Assembly: GCA_965217185.1 (NCBI GenBank)
Contig: OZ244252.1
Location: forward strand, 3,552,001 to 3,616,000
Reading direction: 5' to 3'
Source of the DNA: an uncultured Candidatus Entotheonella sp.
GTDB lineage: Bacteria > Tectomicrobia > Entotheonellia > Entotheonellales > Entotheonellaceae
DNA: 64,000 nucleotides
In this document: one piece after another, positions 24,876-35,376 of the stretch
Layout: every line of letters starts with the position of its first letter
Position numbering within the stretch: the first letter of the stretch is position 1
The notes under the pieces: model-generated
What the model was told of the DNA's origin: nothing
Databases searched by the model: none
What the model saw: only the letters and a program-made list of their open reading frames with translations
Made by a program: the position numbers and the translations under genes

Positions 24876-25503
24876 GCGCCGCGGCCTCGACCTCTCCGAC
24901 GACCAGGTGGATGCTTTGATGCACTACTTGGATCTCGTGTTGCAGGTGCGTCCGCACCTTAGCCTGACCGGACTGCGCGACCCCGAACGCATCCTCGACG
25001 TGCTCATTGTTGAATCGCTCGATTTCTGCCGCCCCGACCTGATTCCCGCCGACGGGCGCGTTCTCGACTTCGGCACCGGCGCCGGTGTGCCGGGTATCTC
25101 GCTGGCCGTCTGGGGCGCCGGCCTTCATCTCACCCTGCTCGACCGCACCCAGAAGAAAATTGCCTTCGTACGCCGCGCCGCCCTGGCCCTGGGCCTGCAC
25201 AATTGCCATCCCGTCTGGGGCTCCGCTGAAGAATTGTCCCGCCGCCTGCCGCCCGACGAACGCTTCGACGCCGTCGTGGCGCGCGGCGTCGGTTCCATCG
25301 CGCACCTCATGCGCCTCGCCCGGTCCCTGTTGCGCCCGCACGGAAAACTCCTACTGCGCAAACCGGCGGCCACTCCCGAGCATCAGGAAGCCGAGGCGCT
25401 TTTGGCCTCTCCCGCTTGGGCTGGCATGCGGACGTTCCCACTGCCCGAGAGCTCCTCCATGCCGTGGGTCCTGCTGGCCATCGAGCGGGCCACGGCCGTC
25501 TGA
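24826..25503 (+). CDS. rsmG: 16S rRNA m7G527 methyltransferase RsmG
   Basis: [15 protein letters not shown] motif; KKIAF; follows mnmG. Confidence 0.9.
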   Translation: MPTPDQRLRTRLCQQCERRGLDLSDDQVDALMHYLDLVLQVRPHLSLTGLRDPERILDVLIVESLDFCRPDLIPADGRVLDFGTGAGVPGISLAVWGAGLHLTLLDRTQKKIAFVRRAALALGLHNCHPVWGSAEELSRRLPPDERFDAVVARGVGSIAHLMRLARSLLRPHGKLLLRKPAATPEHQEAEALLASPAWAGMRTFPLPESSSMPWVLLAIERATAV

Positions 25504-25540
25504 AGCCCAAACCGCCCGATCCCGTGTGCAAGGGTTTGTA

Positions 25541-27439
25541 TCAGACCAGACGCAGCACCAAGTCTTCGGGAATCGGCAGGCGGGCAATTTGTTCGGGAAA
25601 GCCCAGTTCCTGGTGCAGGACCTGAAAAAAAGTGCTGTCGTTCACCTGCCGGCCTTGTAGACGACTGGCCAGCACGTCGGCGACCGCCAGGTCCCGACTG
25701 AACGTGACCAGACCGGGATGCGGTATCAGGTCGTAATTGCCCCACCGACTTCGGTATAGCCCGCGCCGGTTCCAGCGCACCGCGGCGTTCAGTCCTTCCA
25801 CCATTCCGTGCATCTGGAACAGACAACCGTACAGTTTCGCCAGATCACAGCAGACGCGGGTGAAATGGGTTATGTCCGGACCATGCCACGCCGTCCGCAG
25901 CACGTCCGGGATCAGGCCGAACAAATTGGCGACACTGAGCCGCGTCGGTCCTTTGAATCGCGCGAAGCTGACGAACGGCGCACCGCGGTGAGCCAACAGC
26001 ACCTCGGGCACACAGGCCGCCAAGGCGGGATGGTGCAGTTGCACACCGGCTTCCCGCAATATCGCTTCAACGCTTTCCTGCGGCGCGCATCGCCCGTCCC
26101 AAAAGGCTTCGGTGACGTTCAGGTACTGTGCCTTGTGCTTGCGAATGACGTCCGTCAGGCCGGTGCGCCGCAGATATTCTGCCTCTTGCTCGGCGATCCA
26201 GGCGTGGTGTTGCCGGCTATGTTTGGCCCAGTCCCAGGTGGCGCCGCCGAGGTTGCGACTCGACGTATGACCCTCAAGGAGCACTGCCTGTCCGGGGAGG
26301 GCACCGAGCAGCATATCCAGGGCCACCGGGTCCGTGTACGTTCCCGGGGCGTAGCCGTGCCACGTGACCTTGATGAAAACGTGCGTGGGCGAAGATGATT
26401 GCCATAAGCGCCCGAAGAGGCGGGCGAGTCCTTCCCGGTCGTAAATCTCGGCAACAAGGCCGGTGCCGTAGCGCAGCTCGGCGTCCAGCAGCTCGGGCAG
26501 GTCGGTGAGCGGGCAGCTTGCTTGGGGGCCGCGCAGGCGGCTGACCTGTGGGCTGCGGCCCCGTTTGGCTGATGGTTCCTTGCCGGCGAATTTCTCACGT
26601 CTTTCTTGCCAGAGCTTCAGCATGCGCTGTATGAGCCACGTCAACAGCCCAGGTGTGGCCCGGTTTCGGTCTGACGGCAGGGCACCGCTACCAACAGGCT
26701 CCGTCGTCATCCAGGTGTGGGCGGCCGGGATCGTCCGGCTGAACTCGTCGCAGATCGTTCGTACTTCGTCGTCGTGTGCATTGCGCCACGCCGCCTGTGG
26801 CACGATGACCCACGTCAGTTGTTCCCGCATACAGCGCTCAAGTTGTTCCTGCACCGAGGGCTGGGCGTGACGGCAAAATCCCACCTCGCCCCGTGCACAG
26901 CCGATTTGCTCCCACAGCAGGCGCATCAACCGGTAGCTTTGTGCCCGTCCGGCGCTGGCGCCGTCACCGCTGGCGGTGAGCAGCAGACCCAACTGTTCAG
27001 GCTTCAGAGACGATCCCGCGAGTTTTTGATACACGCGTTGCGTCCAGGCTTCGACCAGCAAAGGGTGACAGGGGTCCACGTCGTCGTAGGCAATCGTGGT
27101 ATGGGGAAACCGCTGCCGTACGCTCGCGGTGATTTCGGCCAGTTGCGCCTTTTGCACGAGGCCAAAATCGAGCATGGTGGGAATCAGGAAGATGTCGTGC
27201 CTGCCTGCCGCTGCTTCATCGGCCAGGACCGTTTCCAGGTTGAAACGCAGCGTGGCTGCCGGATTGTCGGGCGCGCGCAGGAGGTGCGACGCGGATGGCA
27301 GGCTGGCCAGACGGATACGCGGGGCAAAACCGAGTTGCGAGGCCAACGGCTCCGTTAACGCTTCGGCTTGCGCCAGGGCGGCCGGCCAGTCGGGGTGACA
27401 CGCGGCCAACTCGGTGACGAGTATGAATGAGGGAGGCAT
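25541..27439 (-). CDS. Fusion of CbiX/SirB-chelatase-like domain and DUF362-like domain
   Basis: N half resembles bilobal CbiX (IFLIPTML..HPLLVE..GLLL..EVGF..QPSV..IVP) without the usual His; C half VFIKV..TDP..LLEG..LSVANLFGLIP like DUF362. Confidence 0.55.
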   Translation of the reverse strand: MPPSFILVTELAACHPDWPAALAQAEALTEPLASQLGFAPRIRLASLPSASHLLRAPDNPAATLRFNLETVLADEAAAGRHDIFLIPTMLDFGLVQKAQLAEITASVRQRFPHTTIAYDDVDPCHPLLVEAWTQRVYQKLAGSSLKPEQLGLLLTASGDGASAGRAQSYRLMRLLWEQIGCARGEVGFCRHAQPSVQEQLERCMREQLTWVIVPQAAWRNAHDDEVRTICDEFSRTIPAAHTWMTTEPVGSGALPSDRNRATPGLLTWLIQRMLKLWQERREKFAGKEPSAKRGRSPQVSRLRGPQASCPLTDLPELLDAELRYGTGLVAEIYDREGLARLFGRLWQSSSPTHVFIKVTWHGYAPGTYTDPVALDMLLGALPGQAVLLEGHTSSRNLGGATWDWAKHSRQHHAWIAEQEAEYLRRTGLTDVIRKHKAQYLNVTEAFWDGRCAPQESVEAILREAGVQLHHPALAACVPEVLLAHRGAPFVSFARFKGPTRLSVANLFGLIPDVLRTAWHGPDITHFTRVCCDLAKLYGCLFQMHGMVEGLNAAVRWNRRGLYRSRWGNYDLIPHPGLVTFSRDLAVADVLASRLQGRQVNDSTFFQVLHQELGFPEQIARLPIPEDLVLRLV

Positions 27440-27459
27440 TGTCAGGCCGCCACGAGTTC

Positions 27460-28587
27460 CTACGCCGCGCCGGCCTTGGGCAGGTGGCCGGCGCGGACCA
27501 GGCAACCGAGCGTGTCACAAATCACGCGGCAGGCCATCAGGGAGGTGATCTCGGCGTTGTCGTACGGTGGTGCGCACTCGACGACTTCCATGCCGGCGAA
27601 ACCCTCGGCGGCTATCAAGTGGATGAATTTCAACACCTCTCGTGGCAGGAAACCGCCGGGTTCCGGCCACCCCGTGCCGGGAACAAACGCGGCGTCGAGA
27701 CAGTCGATATCGAACGACAGCCAGACCGCGTCGGCCCCGTCCCAAGCCACCTCAAGGGCGCGTTCCGCGGCCTTCTCGATTCCCATCTCGACGCAGTCCG
27801 TGACGGTCATGATCGTCGTGCCGCGTTCCCGTGACACCTTGACCCCGGCGCGCGGCGCCTGCCAGCCGCCAATGCCGATCTGCACCAGGTTTTTGGGCGG
27901 CACGTTGGGCAGGTTGGTGGCGTGAAACCACGGCGTGGTGTGCATGCGCTCGTCGAGGTCCGTGTCTTGCGTGTCGACGTGGCGGTCGAAGTGAATAATG
28001 CCCAGGTTGCCGCCGCCGAGATGTTCGGCGATGGCTCGTGTGGTGGGGTAACCCAGCGAGTGGTCGCCGCCGAGCACCACCGGAAAAGCACCCGAAGCAA
28101 AGACGTGGCCCACGGCCTTGCTGACTTGGTCGAAGGTCTTTTCGATATTGCCGGGGATGGTGAAAATATCGCCCACGTCGCACATGGTGATCGATTCGCG
28201 CAGGTCGACGCCGAGCTCGAAGCTATAGGAGCCGTACAGGGCGGATATTTTGCGGATGCCCTGCGGTCCGAAGCGGGCGCCGGCCCGGTACGTGGTGCCG
28301 CCGTCGAAGGGCGCCCCGACAATCGCTACGTCGTAGTTGCCGCATTGCCGCACGTCCTCAAGGAAATGTCGTTTGAGGAAGGTGTTAATGCCGGCGAAGT
28401 GCGGCAGTTCGCCGCGGCTGAACGTGGGAATTGACCGATCCACCACCGAATCGGCCGCTGGCAACCCTACTTCGAGCCGCCAGGCGATTTCCTGCTCATA
28501 TTTAGTCTCCGGCAGCCGGGCCTCCGCGGCGACGGCGTCACGCGCTTCCGGGCCGTGCTTCGGCTCGTGTTTGGCATCCTCGGGCAT
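27460..28587 (-). CDS. gdmH: Guanidine hydrolase (arginase/agmatinase family)
   Basis: DRSIPTFSRGELPHFAGINTF, GGDHS, HFDRHVD, DERMHT, IGGWQ, FDIDC, GTGWPEPGG: signatures of the Sll1077/GdmH subfamily. Confidence 0.9.
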   Translation of the reverse strand: MPEDAKHEPKHGPEARDAVAAEARLPETKYEQEIAWRLEVGLPAADSVVDRSIPTFSRGELPHFAGINTFLKRHFLEDVRQCGNYDVAIVGAPFDGGTTYRAGARFGPQGIRKISALYGSYSFELGVDLRESITMCDVGDIFTIPGNIEKTFDQVSKAVGHVFASGAFPVVLGGDHSLGYPTTRAIAEHLGGGNLGIIHFDRHVDTQDTDLDERMHTTPWFHATNLPNVPPKNLVQIGIGGWQAPRAGVKVSRERGTTIMTVTDCVEMGIEKAAERALEVAWDGADAVWLSFDIDCLDAAFVPGTGWPEPGGFLPREVLKFIHLIAAEGFAGMEVVECAPPYDNAEITSLMACRVICDTLGCLVRAGHLPKAGAA

Positions 28588-28624
28588 TCCTGTTTCTCCT
28601 CGCTGTCAGCGTCTATATTCGGTG

Positions 28625-29527
28625 TCAGAGCACCTCGTCGTCAACGTAGGTCATGCGGAAGATGGGCAAGGGGGCGGCCTTGGTCTCCTCCGGCGGATGA
28701 ATGAGTTCCTCCAGGCGCCGCTTGGTGGCGAAGAACGTCGGGGTCAGGAATTGCTCGGGGCTGCGCGGCCGCGGCACCGGCACCTCGATAATCTCTCTGA
28801 CAGAGTTGGGACTACGCCCCAGCACCACAATCCGGTCGGCCAGGTAGGTGGCTTCGTCGAGGTCGTGGGTGACGAATACAATGGTGATGTTGACGTTGCG
28901 CCAGATCTGCAGCAGATACCCTTGCATCTGCGCCCGGGTCTGCGCGTCGAGGGCTCCGAACGGCTCGTCCATGAGCAGGACCCGCGGCTCGTTGGCGAGG
29001 GCACGGGCAATGGCGACCCGTTGCTGCATGCCGCCCGATAGCTGGTGTGGATAATGATCGGCAAAATCGGCCAGCCCCACCATGTCGATCCACTGTCTGG
29101 CGGTCGTCTCGGCGTGGTGCCAGCTGGAGCCGGTCATCCGCAGTCCGAACATGACGTTCTTCTTCACCGTCAGCCATGGAAACAGGGTATAGCTCTGAAA
29201 CACCATGCCGCGCTCCGGGCCCGGCTCCTGCACCGCTTCGCCATCCAGCAGGACCTCGCCGTCCGTGGGGGATTCGAGGCCGGCAATGATCCGGTTCAGC
29301 GTTGACTTGCCGCAGCCGGAGGGGCCGATGATGCAGATGAATTCACGGCGGTGGACCTGGAAGGTGATGTCCTGAAGCGCCGCCACGGTCTCGCCCTGGT
29401 TGCCGACAAAGGTCTTGCCGAGCCCCTGAACGTGCAATCTCACCGGGCGCTGCCGGATGCGCGCAAACCGCTCGCGCACCTCTGGCGCCATGTCCGTATA
29501 GCTGGGAAGTTCAAGAGACAGTGCCAT
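28625..29527 (-). CDS. ABC transporter ATP-binding protein (TauB/NitT type, likely guanidine)
   Basis: [32 protein letters not shown]. Confidence 0.93.
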   Translation of the reverse strand: MALSLELPSYTDMAPEVRERFARIRQRPVRLHVQGLGKTFVGNQGETVAALQDITFQVHRREFICIIGPSGCGKSTLNRIIAGLESPTDGEVLLDGEAVQEPGPERGMVFQSYTLFPWLTVKKNVMFGLRMTGSSWHHAETTARQWIDMVGLADFADHYPHQLSGGMQQRVAIARALANEPRVLLMDEPFGALDAQTRAQMQGYLLQIWRNVNITIVFVTHDLDEATYLADRIVVLGRSPNSVREIIEVPVPRPRSPEQFLTPTFFATKRRLEELIHPPEETKAAPLPIFRMTYVDDEVL

Positions 29528-30594
29528 CGACAGTCTTCGCCTCCTCGGTCGTAGGCACGGGAACCGCGATAGGCCCCCGCTTGCGGAGCGTGGCGCCGAG
29601 CGCTCCACCGACAGTCGCCAGAAGGCCCGTAGCGCTTTCCCGCTGCGCTGGAAACAGCCGCTGGCCAAACGCCTGCAGGATCTGGTCGGTCCCGAGTCCG
29701 AGTAGTCCGATGCTCACGATGCCGGCATAGACCCGGTCGAAATTGAAATAGCGCCCCTGCTGCTGGATGAATGCCGTGATGCCGCTCTTCTCCCCGATGA
29801 GTTCCGCCACGATGAGGTACGTCCAGGCCCAGCCGAGCAGGATGCGCATGTCGATATACAACCTGGGCAGCACACCGGGAATCACCACGTGCGTCACCAG
29901 CCGCCAGCGCTTGGCGCCGAGGGTCTGGGCGGCTTCCAGGAGCGCGGTGTCGATTTGCCGCGTGGTGTTGGCCAGCACCAGCACCATCTGGAAGAAGGTG
30001 CCGATGAAGATGATGGCGACCTTGGGGGCTTCCTGGGTGCCGAGGACCGCCACCATCAGCGTGCCGAAGGCCGGGGCCGGCATGTACCGAATGAAATCGA
30101 TGAACGGCTCGTTGAGCTTCGAGAACAGGGCAAACGTGCCGCACAGGACGCCCAGCGGCACGCCCAGAAGGCTCGCCCACATAAAGCCCCAGAAGATAAC
30201 CCGCAGGCTTTCGTAGACCCGTTGGTGGAACCACTTGTCGGTGATGTGGTTGCGCGGCGGTGTGGTGAAGACCGTGTAAAGGGCCCGCAGGACCTCATGG
30301 GGCGCCGGCAGGAACACGGGATTGGCCGGCTGGCCGACCCGCTGGCGTCTTGCCGTCTTGTAACGCCAGGGCATTCATCCGCTCCACCATCGGCGGGTTG
30401 TACCGTTTGCCCTCCAGCAGGGCGGTGTCGTTTTGCGCAAGGATCAGAACTTTGGGGTGCCAGACGAACGGCAGGTAGCTGACCGCACACCACATGCCAC
30501 AGGGCAGCAGGAACGCCAGGATGCTCAGCGCCAAGGCACGGCGCGGCCCGAACTCGCGTCGGACCGCCAGCCAGGGTGTCGGCGCGCGCTGCAT
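29511..30594 (-). pseudogene. ABC transporter permease, frameshifted near 30325
   Basis: N-terminal part (WCAVSYLPFVWHP) and C-terminal part (ANPVFLPAPHEV..EAAQTLGA) in different frames; apparent 4-nt duplication in CCAGCCGGCCAAT. Confidence 0.8.
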
Positions 30595-30595
30595 G

Positions 30596-31627
30596 TTACT
30601 TCTGCTGCAGGGCAAGGGTGAGGCTCGGGTCGAAGTAGCTATCCCCGGTTTCCGCCTGCGGGTAGACGCCGTACTTGATGTTGAACGTGTCGACGTAAAC
30701 GTTCGAGCCCTTGAGGGATTTCAGCCCCGCCGATTCGTCGGCCTGCCAGATGGACAGGGCCTCGTCGAGCGACAGGATGCGCGTACCGGCCAGAAACGGG
30801 GCGTACTCGTCGGGCGGCAACCCGACGCGGGCGCTGAGGATTTCGAGCATCTCCTCGCGGTTGGCCGGGTCCTGCATGAACGCCACGATGCGATACCAGA
30901 CCCGCACCACTTTGGCCCAGTCGTCGCCTCTTTCCGCCAGGCTTTCGTGCGACACGTACAGCATATCGTAGATGATGCCGGGACTGTCCGCACTGGAGTA
31001 CAGCCGCTTCGAGCCGGGAACGATCTTGAGCGCCTGGCCCGAGTTCGGTTGCCAGGCGGTGATGGCGTCAACGCTGCCGGCCGCCAGCGCCTGAGGCAGT
31101 TCATTGGTCGGGATATTCACCAGCGTGACGTCATTTTCGGTCATGCCGTGGGCTTCGAGGGCCGTCAGCAGCAACAGATGCCCGACAAATCCGACCTCGA
31201 CGCCAACCCGCAGGCCCTTCAGGTCGCTGATCGACTCGAGGCCCGGCCGGCCGACCACCATGTCGTTGCCGTTGGAATAGTCGTTCAGGATGATGGCCGT
31301 CGACGGCTTGCCCGAGGCCACTCCTATGACCAAGGCGTCGCCGTTGGTCATGCAGACGGCATCGGCCTGGCCGGCGGCAAAGGCGTCCATGCCCGCTACG
31401 TAATCCATCCACAACAACTCCACCGCCACGCCTTCCTGCGCGAAAAAGTCTTTCTGTTTGGCAATCTCCCAAGTTACCCAGCCGGGCCAGTCGCTGTAGA
31501 TGAGTTTCAGCGCCGGGCCGTCTTGGGCTACGGCTTGAGCGCCCCAGCCGGATATCAGGATCAAGCCCAGTAGACATAGACACAGTACCCGTCGCTTCAC
31601 AGTCGCGCATGTCATACGTTTTTCCAC
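30596..31627 (-). CDS. ABC transporter substrate-binding protein (NMT1-like, likely guanidine-binding)
   Basis: Signal peptide; [26 protein letters not shown] motifs; first gene of the gdmH operon. Confidence 0.88.
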   Translation of the reverse strand: MEKRMTCATVKRRVLCLCLLGLILISGWGAQAVAQDGPALKLIYSDWPGWVTWEIAKQKDFFAQEGVAVELLWMDYVAGMDAFAAGQADAVCMTNGDALVIGVASGKPSTAIILNDYSNGNDMVVGRPGLESISDLKGLRVGVEVGFVGHLLLLTALEAHGMTENDVTLVNIPTNELPQALAAGSVDAITAWQPNSGQALKIVPGSKRLYSSADSPGIIYDMLYVSHESLAERGDDWAKVVRVWYRIVAFMQDPANREEMLEILSARVGLPPDEYAPFLAGTRILSLDEALSIWQADESAGLKSLKGSNVYVDTFNIKYGVYPQAETGDSYFDPSLTLALQQK

Positions 31628-31735
31628 CGTCTTCGCTCCTTATATAGCCTGTGCACCGAACTTGTCCGGGAAGCCAGCGAAGCCACCAAGCGGTGACAGG
31701 ACGCTGCTGTTTTTGACCGTGTCTCTGCTGTATGA

Positions 31736-31751
31736 AGCAAATTGGATGCCA
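31736..31751 (-). promoter_or_regulatory. Sigma54 (-24/-12) promoter
   Basis: TGGCATCCAATTTGCT matches TGGCAC-N5-TTGCW with exact GG-N10-GC spacing, ~110 nt upstream of the SBP gene. Confidence 0.75.
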
Positions 31752-31894
31752 AACTCAGATCCGCCGTCCAATCGGCTCGACGTCTGGGCGCCCGTTTCCC
31801 TGTTGTCGTTATCCAAAACGTGCTCGTACCCCGGTACAACAAAATCTCTCGACAGGCCGGGCTGAGAAGGGTCGAGCCTACAAGAACGGGCTGT

Positions 31895-31935
31895 TTCTTA
31901 CATTTATGTAGGAAAATGCACATTAGGGTGACAAC
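31895..31935. promoter_or_regulatory. Candidate enhancer/activator sites
   Basis: Near-palindrome TTCTTACATTTATGTAGGAA and NtrC-like TGCAC-N7-TGACA about 150-200 nt upstream of the sigma54 site. Confidence 0.4.
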
Positions 31936-32064
31936 TGTGCGTTATGCCGGCGGTTTCACGCAGACGGGCTTGCATACCGCAAGTCTTGGTGGTCATACTG
32001 CCCGAAATTTGCCACAAAGGGAGGCATTCAGATGTCATTGCCGGTAGCAGAGGGTGGAGAAGGA

Positions 32065-32889
32065 ATGCTGTCGCTGAAGACGCCGTTCGAGGCGTTGCCG
32101 CTGGTTTGTGTAGATGTCGAGACTACCGGATTGTCGCCGGACAAAGGCGCCCGGGTCTGCGAGATTGCTCTGCTGCGCAGTGAGGGGGAGCGGGAAGTGG
32201 CGCGTTTCGAGTCGCTGGTGCATCCGCAGCAGCCGATACCGCCGGAGGTGATCGCCGTGCATGGCATTACCGACGCTATGGTTGCCGAGGCCCCCGTCTT
32301 CGCCACCCTGCTGCCGGATATCCGCACCCTTCTGCAAGGCGCTGTCGTTGTTGGCCATAACGTCCACTTCGATCTGCGCTTCCTGCGCCACGAATGGCAC
32401 GTCACCGGCGAAGAGCTACCGGAATGCGTCGCCATCGACACCCTGGCTCTGGCGCGTACCCACTTCGATTTCCCCAAAAACGGCCTCGGCGCCATCGCCG
32501 CTGCCCTCGGTATCGACCATACCTCTGCACACCGTGCCATGGGCGACGTGCTGGCCACCTGGAACGTTCTGCAGCATTTTGTCGCGGAGTTGCGCCACCG
32601 CGGGCCGGTGACGCTGGCCGACCTGATCCTGCCGCGCCTGCCTGACGCCGCCGGCGCCGGCATCCGCGACCTGGTAATCGTCCTGCAAAATGCCCTGCCT
32701 GAAAGTGCCCCGCTGTGCATGCGCTATCGCGCCTGGCACGCCCCCGAAACCATCCGCGTGGTGCAGCCTCTCGCGGTCTACTTCCAACGCGGCTACGGTT
32801 TCCTGCACGCCTTCTGCCACCTCCGCCGCGAGGAGCGGCACTTCCGTCTGGATCGTATCCTTGAACTCAAGCCGTTAGGTGATGAGTAG
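32065..32889 (+). CDS. DEDDh (DnaQ-like) 3'-5' exonuclease fused to a C-terminal WYL domain
   Basis: DVETTG, GHNVHFD, HRAMGD; C-terminal R.VQP..FLHAFCHLRREERHFRLDRI. Confidence 0.88.
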   Translation: MLSLKTPFEALPLVCVDVETTGLSPDKGARVCEIALLRSEGEREVARFESLVHPQQPIPPEVIAVHGITDAMVAEAPVFATLLPDIRTLLQGAVVVGHNVHFDLRFLRHEWHVTGEELPECVAIDTLALARTHFDFPKNGLGAIAAALGIDHTSAHRAMGDVLATWNVLQHFVAELRHRGPVTLADLILPRLPDAAGAGIRDLVIVLQNALPESAPLCMRYRAWHAPETIRVVQPLAVYFQRGYGFLHAFCHLRREERHFRLDRILELKPLGDE

Positions 32890-34047
32890 GGGAATCTTAC
32901 CCGTCCGGATGTGCTGCTCCACGTCGGCGCTGCATGCGGGCGCGTGGCCGAAGGTTTGCTGCCAGAGGGTCTGCGTTTCCATGCACAAATAAAGCGATGC
33001 GGCGGGCGCGTAGCGGCGAATCCAGCCCCACATTTTCGCGTACATGTCGGCGCGGAGCGGCCTGAAATAGCGCATTTTACCGTCGTCGGAGGGAAACAAC
33101 TCGGCGGTCATCAGGCGGCTCTTGGGAAAACGCGCCCGCACCACGTCTTTGAGGTCCGGAGCGAAGCGCAGGCTGCCCATGCTCATCGTGGTGACGTCCC
33201 GCGGGTCAACGGCCTGGAATACCTGCTCCACAAAGGGCTCATAGACGTCTTCCCAGCCGGGGAAGTGCAGCAGCGGGTCGAAATGCAGACCGATCTTGTA
33301 ACCCGCCTCAAGGCAGCGCTGGGCCGCTCGCAGACGCGCCGCTAGCGGGGCCGTCTTGTGCTCTTCGCGCTGCACCACGTCCTGCGGATTGATAGACCAC
33401 GACACCATCACCCGTCCCTGGGGTTCCTCGTCCAGCAGCCCCTCGATCAGATCGCTCTTGGTCTTCAACTCGAACAGCACGTTGGGAAACTCGCAGATGA
33501 ACGGTACCAGCAGGCCCGTAAAGCCGGTCAGCGGGTCGAGCGACAGGCTGTCGCTGAACTCCCCGGAGCCCATGCGCACCAATTGATTCGGCCGGGCGTG
33601 CAGGAACGCCGTGACCTCCTCGAACAGCTGGTCGATGTTGGCGTACACGGTGAGGTAGGGCGTGTTGATATAGCTTTGCAGGTAGCAGTAGGTGCAGTCG
33701 TAGTTGCAGTTGGACACCGTATCGACGATGACGTACCCGCAGCATAGCCGTCCGTCGGTATTGCGGCTGCTGGCGCCGGGGCAGTCGCGCACGAAGCGGC
33801 CCTTCTGCGCAGTGAGATACAGGTGCTTTTTGCCCAAGGTCATCAACGCCGCCTGATCGGCCGGGGCCGGCAGTGGCGGCGGCCCGTCGATCACGTCGAC
33901 CGGCACCCCGGCCAGTCGGCTAACCACGTTGGCGGTAATCGGACTGTCCACAACCTGCCGGTCAATCCACACGTGCTGCGGTCGGTAAACGTGAGACATC
34001 GGCGTATAGTCCTGATTCTCAGGTACTTGCGAGGTAAGGGCGGCCAT
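32875..34047 (-). CDS. Spore photoproduct lyase-like radical SAM protein
   Basis: NCNYDCTYCYLQ CxxxCxxC, GEFSDSL, ELKTKS, SWSINP, HFDP, YLCME; start may be 33999. Confidence 0.88.
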   Translation of the reverse strand: MAALTSQVPENQDYTPMSHVYRPQHVWIDRQVVDSPITANVVSRLAGVPVDVIDGPPPLPAPADQAALMTLGKKHLYLTAQKGRFVRDCPGASSRNTDGRLCCGYVIVDTVSNCNYDCTYCYLQSYINTPYLTVYANIDQLFEEVTAFLHARPNQLVRMGSGEFSDSLSLDPLTGFTGLLVPFICEFPNVLFELKTKSDLIEGLLDEEPQGRVMVSWSINPQDVVQREEHKTAPLAARLRAAQRCLEAGYKIGLHFDPLLHFPGWEDVYEPFVEQVFQAVDPRDVTTMSMGSLRFAPDLKDVVRARFPKSRLMTAELFPSDDGKMRYFRPLRADMYAKMWGWIRRYAPAASLYLCMETQTLWQQTFGHAPACSADVEQHIRTGKIPLLIT

Positions 34048-34170
34048 TGTAGGGGCGCCTCGGCGGATGGTCAAGCCTACCGCCCATGGTCCACGTAACG
34101 ACCCGTCCCGGAACTTGTTATACTCGCCGCTCCAACCCATCATACTGAATACTGAAAAGGAGAACCCATC

Positions 34171-35376
34171 ATGGCCCAAAAGCCGTTGCTTGACGGGATT
34201 CGTGTGCTCGACCTGGGGCGCTTCATCGCCGCGCCGTATGCCGGACAATTGCTGGCCGATCTTGGCGCCGAGGTGGTGCGGGTAGAGCGTCCGAGGCCGG
34301 AGCCGGACCGGCTGCGCGGACCGCATCTGAACGGCGATTCGATGTACTTCGTCACCATCAACCGCCACAAGAAGTCCGCCGCCTTCAACCTGTTTGACGA
34401 AGCGGGCCGGCGGCTGCTCGACCAACTCATCGTCAAGGCCGACATCCTCATTCAGAACTACTCGCCGCGCGCCGCCCGAGACCTCGGCTTCAGCAAGGAG
34501 CGCCTCCTCGGCCTCAACCCGCGGCTCATTGCGCTGTCCATCACGGGCTACGGCGCCGACGGGCCGGACGCCGAGCGGGTGGCCTTCGACGGGCTGGCGC
34601 AGGCGCGGAGTGGCGCCATGGCCTGCAACGGCAGCGGGCAGCCGTTCCTCAACCATCTGCCGTACGTCGATTTCAGCACCGCCCTGTACGGCGGCTTCGG
34701 CATCATGGCGGCGCTGTACGAGCGCGAGCGCACCGGCAAGGGGCAGTTCGTGGAAGTATCGCTGATCGAAACCATCAGCGCCTTTGCGGGCACCTACGGC
34801 ATGATCGCCGAAACCGCGCTGACCGACACCACCCGCCACCAGCAGGGCAACGCGCTGATCTACGCGCTCGGCGACTGCGTGCAGGCCAGCGACGGCGGCT
34901 TCGTGATCTTCAACTGCATCGGCAACATGTTCAAACGCCTGTGCGAGATGATCGGCCACCCGGAACTGCTGGACGATCCGCGCTACGCCACCGACGACCT
35001 GCGCTACGCCAATCGCGACGAGCTGATGGCGCACGTCACCGCGTGGGCCGGCGGCCTGACGACCCCCGATATCCTCGCTGTTGCCGAACGCTTCCGCCTG
35101 CCCTTCGAGCGCGTCAGCAGCGTGGCGGACTTGGCGTGCGACCCGCACGCCGCGGCGCGTGCCCTGTTTCCGCGCGTCGATCAGCCCGGCATGGGACCGA
35201 TTCCGGTCGCCCGGCAGGGGCTGAACCTCAGCGCCCACCCGCATCCGCAACTGCGTCCGGCGCCGGCCATCGGCGAGCACACCGCGGAGGTGCTGCAGAA
35301 CTGGCTGGGCTACACCCCGGAGCAGGTTCACGAGTTGCTGGAGGAGGCCGCCGTTCCCGTCGCTGGGGCCCATTAG
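34171..35376 (+). CDS. Family III CoA transferase (CaiB/BaiF)
   Basis: RVLDL..AAPYAGQLLADLGAEV, NRHKKS, ITGYG, APAIGEHT. Confidence 0.93.
   Translation: MAQKPLLDGIRVLDLGRFIAAPYAGQLLADLGAEVVRVERPRPEPDRLRGPHLNGDSMYFVTINRHKKSAAFNLFDEAGRRLLDQLIVKADILIQNYSPRAARDLGFSKERLLGLNPRLIALSITGYGADGPDAERVAFDGLAQARSGAMACNGSGQPFLNHLPYVDFSTALYGGFGIMAALYERERTGKGQFVEVSLIETISAFAGTYGMIAETALTDTTRHQQGNALIYALGDCVQASDGGFVIFNCIGNMFKRLCEMIGHPELLDDPRYATDDLRYANRDELMAHVTAWAGGLTTPDILAVAERFRLPFERVSSVADLACDPHAAARALFPRVDQPGMGPIPVARQGLNLSAHPHPQLRPAPAIGEHTAEVLQNWLGYTPEQVHELLEEAAVPVAGAH

Noticed and set aside
31760..31880. Possible guanidine riboswitch or pseudoknot (TTGTTGT/ACGACAA pairing)
   Set aside because: Lacks the conserved cores of the guanidine classes I can recall and lies upstream of the sigma54 promoter, so it would not be in the leader
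32875..35373. 832 aa minus-strand ORF as one large radical SAM fusion
   Set aside because: Its N-terminal ~440 aa is the antisense shadow of the CoA transferase; similarity to SPL starts only near 34047/33999
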